Source of the DNA: an uncultured Candidatus Saccharibacteria bacterium
GTDB taxonomy: Bacteria; Patescibacteriota; Minisyncoccia; Phycocordibacterales; PALSA-1337
Assembly (NCBI GenBank): GCA_964416985.1
Contig: CAYQFS010000003.1
Coordinates: 18,594-82,593, forward strand
Length of the DNA: 64,000 bases
Reading direction: 5' to 3'
The notes beneath the pieces are model-generated. The model was not told the origin of the DNA. It ran no database searches and saw nothing but the letters and a program-made list of their open reading frames with translations. The translations under genes were made by a program, and so were the position numbers. This document shows positions 56,861-64,000 of the stretch, piece after piece. Within the stretch, counting starts at the first letter, position 1. Each line of letters starts with the position of its first letter.

Positions 56861-57035
56861 AAAAACTGGCCAGAGTAGTGTCCTCTGGCCAGTGCCTCCG
56901 TAACCACGACTGGAGGCGGCTAATGCATGTCGTGGTGTTTTCCCTGCCGATAACGCGATAGACGAGTTTCGCTGATCAGGGCTTCATTATTGCGCCTGTA
57001 TCAACAGGGCTTTCGCGGGAGCGTTCGTGCTATTT
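56861..57035 (-). ncRNA. Candidate structured ncRNA with an H-type pseudoknot
   Basis: GC-rich intergenic block with several stems, a minus-strand promoter and terminator. Confidence 0.5.
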
Positions 57036-57336
57036 AAGACAAGAATACTCTAAATTTTCTGGTAGTCAAGGGTATCCTGACTTTTTGCCTTGTGGACACA
57101 TGCCGAAATACATCGAACCGCCTAAAAGACTACCTTTCTCGGTTCTGGGATTATTATAATTCAAACCTTGCTTTGCAGAAGATGTTTGCTGTAGCTAGAA
57201 AGTTCTTCCCAAAGGGTCACAATAAGGGCATTTAAATGTCTTCTGTATTGGCGCGTGATTTTCTAAAAAAGCCTTCCCGTAATTACGCAAAAATAATGGG
57301 TAAAAAACGGCGAATAATGTTAAAATTAGTTTAATT

Positions 57337-58026
57337 ATGGTTGAATTTTATGAAGATTGGTACAAGAATTTAATAAATCATAGTAATGAAAAAGACCTCC
57401 TCGTAAACAAAATCAAGGACCTGCTCAAGGGCAAGGTCGATGATTCTTGCCTTGAGATCGGTTTGGGAGTATATGCCTATTTTGCTGAAAATCTTTCCTC
57501 TCTTTTCAATAAATACCTAATTGTTGAAAAACGAGCTGTAGAGGCAACTTTACCTAGGGGTGTTCATCTAATAAATGGTGACTGGGAGAGTACGAAAATT
57601 GAAGAAAAATTTGATGTGATTTTGGCGTCTCATGTTATTTATTATTTTAAGGATACAAAAGCTGCTGTTGAAAAGATGTTTGATAGTCTAAAAGAGGGTG
57701 GTAGAGTTTATTTTGTAGTAAATGGTAGAGAGTCAGATTATGGGCCTATTAAATTAGCTTTTGCTGAAATGATCAGTGTTCCGTATGTTTTTACTTACGA
57801 TACATTACACAAAATTCTTGAGGGTAGAAAAGTAAGAGAATATACGACACAAGCAAGTCTATCTTTTGTAGATTATGACGAGCTCTATGATGTGCTTAAA
57901 CTCTCTTTCGACATGTATCCAGAGGAATATAAAGCAAATAAAGATAACGTAATTCAGTGGCTTGAGCAAAATATAAAAGGTGACAAATTTTTTATAGATC
58001 AAAAAATCATTGAGGTAACAAAGTAA
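57337..58026 (+). CDS. Class I SAM-dependent methyltransferase (AT-rich)
   Basis: CLEIGLG, FDVILASHVIYY, LKEGGRV. Confidence 0.8.
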   Translation: MVEFYEDWYKNLINHSNEKDLLVNKIKDLLKGKVDDSCLEIGLGVYAYFAENLSSLFNKYLIVEKRAVEATLPRGVHLINGDWESTKIEEKFDVILASHVIYYFKDTKAAVEKMFDSLKEGGRVYFVVNGRESDYGPIKLAFAEMISVPYVFTYDTLHKILEGRKVREYTTQASLSFVDYDELYDVLKLSFDMYPEEYKANKDNVIQWLEQNIKGDKFFIDQKIIEVTK

Positions 58027-58030
58027 ATCT

Positions 58031-58705
58031 ATGACACAGATAAATCCTGAAATAAGCCAAAAATTTCTTAACGAGATAAAAAATCAAACCTCAAGGGTTT
58101 TGGATATTGATGGTGTAAAAATCAAAACTTGCAAAGATGTTTTCCCACCACAAAGCGATTTTTCAAGAACCTCTGAAAAATTACATACAATCTTTGAGAA
58201 TTTAACCAATAAAAGCGTTCTAGATGTTGGTACAGGTACTGGTGTCCAAGCTGTACAAGCTGCAAAAGCTGGCGCAAGAAAAGTTGTTGCATTGGATATA
58301 AATCCCGCTGCAATTTCTTGTGCTAAAGAAAACATCGAGCTAAATAATGTTGGTGATGCTGTTACTGTACTCGAGAGTGATCTATTCAACTCATTAGGGA
58401 AAGAAGATAAATTTGATGTTGTAATAGCCAATTTACCAATTACCGATTTTCCTATTGAGGGTATTGTTGAATCAGCATTATATGATCCGGATTATAAACT
58501 CCACAAACGCTTTTTAACTGAAGTAAAAAACTATCTTAGTGAGGACGGCTTTATTGTAATGACTCATATCAATTTAAAAGGGCTAAGTGATTTTGAAGAA
58601 TTTGAAAAAATGCTATTTAAATACGAATTTACACCTGAAAAATATAATGAGATTAATTACGCTGGTTACTTATGGAGGATTTATAAAATTGTCCCAGTTA
58701 AATGA
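58031..58705 (+). CDS. HemK/PrmC-like SAM-dependent methyltransferase (AT-rich)
   Basis: VFPP, VLDVGTGTG, DINPAA, SDLF, FDVVIANLP. Confidence 0.85.
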   Translation: MTQINPEISQKFLNEIKNQTSRVLDIDGVKIKTCKDVFPPQSDFSRTSEKLHTIFENLTNKSVLDVGTGTGVQAVQAAKAGARKVVALDINPAAISCAKENIELNNVGDAVTVLESDLFNSLGKEDKFDVVIANLPITDFPIEGIVESALYDPDYKLHKRFLTEVKNYLSEDGFIVMTHINLKGLSDFEEFEKMLFKYEFTPEKYNEINYAGYLWRIYKIVPVK

Positions 58706-58995
58706 TTGTTTCAGCACTTACATAGCCTAGCTCTGAATTTTCTACAAAGCCTTCCCAAAACTCTTTTCCAAATTTTTCTATGCCTCCCTCTGAAATAATT
58801 GGCCCATGCCATTGAATATTGCCATATTTGGCTATCAAAAAGGACGGTATTTTTGCATAACTCACATTGATCGTGGTGGCATTATTCATCATTCCTAAAA
58901 TACGCCACAGAAATGTAAATAAGACACCGGTCAAGGCCGTTGAGCCCTAATTTGTAATTATCCCTCATAGGATGTACTATAAGAGCAATAAATAT

Positions 58996-60570
58996 ATGGC
59001 CCAAGAAGAGACAAAGATGGAAAAAATCATATCCCTCGCCAAGCGACGAGGTTTTGTATTTCAGGGATCTGAGATTTATGGGGGACTCGCAGGAACATGG
59101 GATTACGGGCCTCTCGGAGTCTCTTTGAAGAATAATATTCGCTCTTTGTGGTGGAAGCGTTTTGTCCTTGATCGTGAGGATATGTATGGAACTGACGCTG
59201 CGATTCTCATGAATCAGAACGTTTGGAAGGCGAGCGGGCATGTGGCGGGATTTTCTGATCCACTCGTTGAATGTGAAAATTGTAAAAAACGTTTCCGAGT
59301 CGATCATCTTCTGAATGAAAGAAACTATGTAAATTTACTAGACTCAGTTTCTAATTTTTCAGATGGCCTGATTAAAAGATTAAGGCCTGAATTGGATGAT
59401 CTAAAGTCTATCGCTGAGTATCCTTCAACTTCAGAAGAGGCAAAAAAAGCACTTTTTGCTGATCTAGAAAAACAGCTCAGTAACAAGATTATAAATGCTA
59501 AGAAAATTGTTGATGAAGAAAAGAAAGCCCGAAATTACTTAGGAATTTTTCCTCAATTTCTTCTTAACCAAGAGAATGATTGTCCAAACTGTGGTAAAAG
59601 AAAATGGTTGGAACCCCGTCAGTTCAACATGATGTTCAAGACCAACGTTGGTCCCCTTGAAAATGAAGACTCAATTTCATATCTTCGACCGGAGACAGCA
59701 CAGGGAATGTTTGTAAATTTCAAGAATATTCTTGACACATTTCACCCAAAGCTCCCGTTTGGAATGGCTCAGATCGGAAAGGCTTTTCGAAATGAAATCG
59801 CTCCGCGAGATTTTGTGTTTCGATCACGGGAATTTGAGCAAATGGAAATCGAATATTTTGTTACTCCAAAAGAGTGGGAAAAGACATTTGAGCATTTTGT
59901 AAAGGAAGTTCGTGCATTTACTGACGATGTTGGTCTCGACAAGAAGCATGTTCATGAGCTTGAGATAGAAAAAGATAGCCTTGCGCATTATTCAAAACGC
60001 ACGATTGATTTTGAGTTTGATTTTCCATTTGGAAAAAAGGAACTCTATGGACTCGCGTATCGAACAGATTTTGACCTGAAACAGCATTCAGAATATAGTA
60101 AGGTTGACCTCTCATACTACGACGAAGAGACAAAAGAGCGCTTTATCCCTCATTGCATCGAGCCGTCATTCGGACTTGATCGAACAGTTCTTGCGGTTCT
60201 TTCGGATGCATATATGGAAGATACTTCCGGTGAAGAGCCACGAGTCTATATGAAATTTTCTCCAAAAGTCGCTCCCGTTAAAGTTGCAGTCTTTCCACTT
60301 CTCAAAAACAAGCCGCAGCTCATCGAAAAGGCAAGGGAGGTCTATACAATGCTCAAGAAAGAGATCGGGGCAGTGACATTCGACGACAACGGAAATATCG
60401 GAAAGCGCTATCGAAGACAGGATGAAATTGGTACACCGTACTGCGTGACTGTTGATTTCGAAACAATTGAAAAAGATGCGGGAGTTACCATTCGTGACCG
60501 TGATACTGGAAAGCAGGAAAGAATGAAAATTGAAGATCTCACTCCATTTCTAAAGTCAAAGATCAACTAG
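58996..60570 (+). CDS. glyQS: Glycine--tRNA ligase, alpha2 type
   Basis: EIYGG..WDYGPLG, YLRPETAQG, FRNEIAPR..FRSREFEQME, IEPSFG, GKRYRRQDEIGTP. Confidence 0.96.
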   Translation: MAQEETKMEKIISLAKRRGFVFQGSEIYGGLAGTWDYGPLGVSLKNNIRSLWWKRFVLDREDMYGTDAAILMNQNVWKASGHVAGFSDPLVECENCKKRFRVDHLLNERNYVNLLDSVSNFSDGLIKRLRPELDDLKSIAEYPSTSEEAKKALFADLEKQLSNKIINAKKIVDEEKKARNYLGIFPQFLLNQENDCPNCGKRKWLEPRQFNMMFKTNVGPLENEDSISYLRPETAQGMFVNFKNILDTFHPKLPFGMAQIGKAFRNEIAPRDFVFRSREFEQMEIEYFVTPKEWEKTFEHFVKEVRAFTDDVGLDKKHVHELEIEKDSLAHYSKRTIDFEFDFPFGKKELYGLAYRTDFDLKQHSEYSKVDLSYYDEETKERFIPHCIEPSFGLDRTVLAVLSDAYMEDTSGEEPRVYMKFSPKVAPVKVAVFPLLKNKPQLIEKAREVYTMLKKEIGAVTFDDNGNIGKRYRRQDEIGTPYCVTVDFETIEKDAGVTIRDRDTGKQERMKIEDLTPFLKSKIN

Positions 60571-60587
60571 GCGTTCACTAAACCTCT

Positions 60588-61868
60588 ATGAAATTCAAAA
60601 AGACTATTTTAAAAAGTGGCCTCCGGGTCATAACGGTACCGATGCAGGATAATCCGGCGGTGACTGTTCTTGTGATGGTTGAAGCTGGCTCAAAATATGA
60701 AAAAAAGGAAAATAATGGGATCTCTCATTTTCTTGAACACATGATGTTCAAAGGAACTCCACGAAGGCCAAAGGCTATCGATATTTCAAGAGAATTCGAT
60801 TCGCTTGGAGCGCGACACAATGCATTTACGTCTCAGGAATATACTGGCTACTATGCAAAAGTTGATGCAAGACATCTCGATCAGGCCCTTGATATTGTCT
60901 CCGACATGTACCTCAATCCACTTTTTGATACAGGAGAAATAGAAAAAGAGAAAGGAGTAATTATTGAGGAAATAAAAATGTACAATGATCTTCCTCAGCA
61001 TCATGTCCAGGATGTGATAAGTGAATTGATGTTTAGAGGACAGCCTGCGGGACGAAGTGTTCTCGGGACAGAGGAAAATATTCGCTCATTTGACCGGGGC
61101 CATTTTGCTGATTATATGAAGAAACACTATGTTGCACCAGCCACAACTGTTATCGTTTCAGGATCAATTAAGGAAGATGAGGTTGTTTCAAAGGTTGAAA
61201 AACTTTTTAAAAACATTCCAGTTCGAGAAAAAGGCAAAAAAGTAGCTGTAAAAGAATCACAAAAGAAACCAGACATTGCTGTTGTCCACAAGGCAACAGA
61301 TCAGACACATCTCGTCATTGCTCTACGAACTTTTCATGTAAAAGATCCGAGAATTCCAACCATGAAAATCCTTTCAGCTATTCTTGGAAAAGGAATGAGC
61401 TCGCGTCTTTTTTCAAAAATGAGAAATGAGCTCGGCATCTGCTATTACATTAACGCGTCACATAGTCCAAGCACAGATCATGGAGACCTTTCTATTTCAG
61501 CCGGGGTCGATAACAAGAGAGTCGATCTCGCAATAAAACATATCTTAATTGAACTCAATCGAATGAAGGATGAGCTTGTTTCTGATGTTGAAATGAAAAA
61601 AGCAAAGGACTATATTGCCGGAACAATGATGCTCGACCTCGAAACATCCGATTCTCAGGCGGAGTATGTGGGGTATCAGGAAATTTTGAAAGGTGAGATC
61701 AAATTGCCCGAACAGGCCATTGCCGAAATGGCTAGTATAACAGCTGAGCAGGTGAGGGAGTTGGCGCGGGAGATTTTTGTTGATGAAAAACTCAATATGG
61801 CGATCATCGGTCCTTACGAGGATGCAAAACGCTTCGTGCCCCTCCTTACGTTCAAAAAGCTCCCGTAA
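60588..61868 (+). CDS. M16 family zinc peptidase
   Basis: GISHFLEHMMFKGT (HxxEH), NAFTS, SSRLF. Confidence 0.93.
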   Translation: MKFKKTILKSGLRVITVPMQDNPAVTVLVMVEAGSKYEKKENNGISHFLEHMMFKGTPRRPKAIDISREFDSLGARHNAFTSQEYTGYYAKVDARHLDQALDIVSDMYLNPLFDTGEIEKEKGVIIEEIKMYNDLPQHHVQDVISELMFRGQPAGRSVLGTEENIRSFDRGHFADYMKKHYVAPATTVIVSGSIKEDEVVSKVEKLFKNIPVREKGKKVAVKESQKKPDIAVVHKATDQTHLVIALRTFHVKDPRIPTMKILSAILGKGMSSRLFSKMRNELGICYYINASHSPSTDHGDLSISAGVDNKRVDLAIKHILIELNRMKDELVSDVEMKKAKDYIAGTMMLDLETSDSQAEYVGYQEILKGEIKLPEQAIAEMASITAEQVRELAREIFVDEKLNMAIIGPYEDAKRFVPLLTFKKLP

Positions 61869-61889
61869 TAGTATATACTTGAGCGTACT

Positions 61890-63341
61890 ATGGCAAAAAA
61901 CGGAGAATTGAAGAATTTTTACATAACCACTACATTGCCCTATGTAAACGCAGAGGCTCACATTGGTCATGCCCTCGAATTTATCCGTGCCGACGTCATT
62001 GCCCGTGAGAAAAAGCTCAAAGGCAAGGATGTATTTTTCGGAACTGGGACGGACGAACATGGGGCAAAAATAGAGAGGAACGCAGCATCTCTCAATATAA
62101 AGCCTCAGGAATTTGTCGACAAAGTCTCGAAAACCTTTAGAGATCTTATGAATCAGTTGGGAATTTCTCCCGATGTTCATTTTCATCGCACAACCGACCC
62201 AAAGCATATTGCAGCTGCTCAGGAATTTTGGAAGATCTGCAAGAAAAACGGATACATTTACAAAAAGAATTACAAAATAAAATATTGCGTTGGTTGCGAA
62301 CTTGAAAAGACGGAGTCAGAACTCATTGATGGAAAATGTCCGATTCACCCATCTCTTCAGATCGAGGAAATTGATGAAGAAAACTATTTCTTCAAATTTA
62401 GCGAATTCCAGAAGCCACTTCTTGAATTTTATGATGAAAATCTTGAGTTTGTCGTGCCATCGTTTAGATTTAATGAAATAAAAGCCTTTGTAAAAAATGG
62501 TCTCAATGACTTTAGTATTTCTCGTTTGAAAAGCAAAATGTCATGGGGAGTTGAGGTTCCTGATGATCCACACCATGTCATGTATGTATGGTTCGACGCT
62601 CTCGTGAGCTACATTTCAAATATCGGCTGGCCGCAGGACAAGGAATCATTTGAGAGATGGTGGATTTCTACGGGTGGCGTAGTGCAGTATTGTGGAAAGG
62701 ATAATCTTCGTCAGCAGTCGGCGATGTGGCAGTCGATGCTTATGGCCGCAGGACTTCCAAATTCAAAGCAGATTGTAATCAATGGCTTTGTGACTGGTGA
62801 AGGTGGGATAAAGATGAGCAAATCGATCGGCAATGTAGTCGATCCTCTCGAAATTATAAAAGAATATGGAACTGATGCCCTTCGCTACTTTGTTCTTCGT
62901 GAAGTGCATCCTTTTGAAGATAGCCCATTTACTCTTGAAAAATTTAAAGAATCCTACAACGCCCATCTTGCAAATGGTCTCGGAAACCTCGTCAGTCGTG
63001 TCATCAAGATGGCTGAGACAAATAATGTGACACTTGATCCAAAATGTACCCCGACTGATGATCCTCGTCATGCTGCTTTTTATGCTAGCTATGAAATTAA
63101 CAAAGTTTGTGACGACATCTGGCTTCGCATCCAGCATGCCGACAAATTTATCCAGGACAATCAGCCTTTCAAGGTTATAAAAACAGATGAAGCGAAAGGA
63201 AGGGAACAAATTGCATATCTACTCACACAGATTGCGGAAGTGGCGCATCTTTTGAGACCAATTTTGCCTCAGACTTCAGAGAAGATTTCGCAGGCGCTCA
63301 GGGATAATAAGATTGGGGAACCTCTTTTCATGAGGAAGTAA
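61890..63341 (+). CDS. metG: Methionine--tRNA ligase (short form without C-terminal OB domain)
   Basis: YVNAEAHIGH, GTDEHG, YVWFDAL, KMSKS. Confidence 0.96.
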   Translation: MAKNGELKNFYITTTLPYVNAEAHIGHALEFIRADVIAREKKLKGKDVFFGTGTDEHGAKIERNAASLNIKPQEFVDKVSKTFRDLMNQLGISPDVHFHRTTDPKHIAAAQEFWKICKKNGYIYKKNYKIKYCVGCELEKTESELIDGKCPIHPSLQIEEIDEENYFFKFSEFQKPLLEFYDENLEFVVPSFRFNEIKAFVKNGLNDFSISRLKSKMSWGVEVPDDPHHVMYVWFDALVSYISNIGWPQDKESFERWWISTGGVVQYCGKDNLRQQSAMWQSMLMAAGLPNSKQIVINGFVTGEGGIKMSKSIGNVVDPLEIIKEYGTDALRYFVLREVHPFEDSPFTLEKFKESYNAHLANGLGNLVSRVIKMAETNNVTLDPKCTPTDDPRHAAFYASYEINKVCDDIWLRIQHADKFIQDNQPFKVIKTDEAKGREQIAYLLTQIAEVAHLLRPILPQTSEKISQALRDNKIGEPLFMRK

Positions 63342-63342
63342 T

Positions 63343-64000
63343 ATGAAATTTATCGATATCCATTGTCACCTCAACCTTGAGCAATTTGATCTTGATTACG
63401 AAGAAGCTATTTCCCGTGCTCAGGAAAAAGAAGTTGGGATGATTGTTGTGGGAGTCGATCTTGCAACTTCAAAAAAAGCTGTGGAAATTGCAGAAAAGCA
63501 TCACAATATCTGGGCGGTGGTAGGACTTCACCCGACAGATGCTCCAAATGAAATTTTTGAAAGGGAAGAGTATTTAAAATTGGCGCGTCATCCGAAAGTC
63601 GTAGGGATAGGGGAGTGTGGACTCGAGTATTGTCGAGGGGCCATTAAAAATAAAGAAAATCAGACCAAGATTTTTCTTGAGCACATATCTATCGCAAATG
63701 AAGTGAAAAAGCCCCTCATGCTCCACATTCGAAACGGCCTTACTCCAGAAGAAAATGCATACTCTGATGCAATTGAAATACTAAAAAAACATGCAAAGGT
63801 TTCCGGCAATGTGCACTTTTTTGCAGGGACATGGGAGGAGGGTAGGCAGTTCATTGACCTCGGATTCCGTCTTTCATTTACCGGAGTCATTACATTTACA
63901 CATGATTATGATGAAGTTATCAAGAAAGCACCGCTTAACATGATTCTTTCAGAGACTGATGCGCCATTTGTTGCACCTGTTCCACATAGAGGGGAAAGGA
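63343..64000 (+). CDS. tatD: TatD family hydrolase, runs off the window end (not in the ORF track)
   Basis: My translation MKFIDIHCHL...VGLHP...IGECGL...LHIR...VHFF...ETDAPF. Confidence 0.92.
   Translation, partial: MKFIDIHCHLNLEQFDLDYEEAISRAQEKEVGMIVVGVDLATSKKAVEIAEKHHNIWAVVGLHPTDAPNEIFEREEYLKLARHPKVVGIGECGLEYCRGAIKNKENQTKIFLEHISIANEVKKPLMLHIRNGLTPEENAYSDAIEILKKHAKVSGNVHFFAGTWEEGRQFIDLGFRLSFTGVITFTHDYDEVIKKAPLNMILSETDAPFVAPVPHRGER

Noticed and set aside
56894-56944. Minus-strand G GGA AAA slippery heptamer next to the pseudoknot (-1 frameshift signal)
   Set aside because: Only 1 nt separates it from stem 1, the frame has no start codon, and no downstream ORF exists
56861-57035. tmRNA, RNase P, SRP or 6S identity for the structured block
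   Set aside because: No tRNA-like ends or tag peptide, no GAGGAAAGTCC, no SRP internal loop, and not a single rod
58698-58934. 78-aa minus-strand ORF as an intact gene
   Set aside because: No recognisable family and a weak start; may be a fragment

Overview
A gene-dense bacterial chromosome segment. Its content points to a CPR/Patescibacteria (Parcubacteria-like) genome, which is my inference from the pilMNO cluster, alpha2 GlyRS, type-2 IleRS, short MetRS, rplK without rplA and many leaderless-looking genes. It is mostly housekeeping: translation, repair, cell wall, a folate/dTMP cluster, a glycogen cluster, an RND pump and 7 tRNAs. The standout is a complete diversity-generating retroelement (DGR) between argS and ileS. 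It has a target gene (47334-48056) whose VR (47925-48041) differs from a 117-bp TR (48366-48482) at 18 positions, all TR adenines, plus an Avd gene and a DGR-type RT. Three features of the DGR are unusual: avd is antisense and sits between TR and RT; a G10/C10 tract puts the ATG-initiated avd frame out of register (C9 would restore it); and the TR RNA appears to have its own promoter inside the target-gene terminator. A second DGR-target-like gene with no matching TR in the window lies at 12639-13481. Other observations include two promoter- and terminator-bounded candidate ncRNAs (one with an H-type pseudoknot), a HAD-PMM/glucan phosphorylase fusion, a GH57 with a UVR-like tail and a histidine-phosphatase insertion in IleRS. 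All calls come from reading the sequence by eye; no database searches were run.
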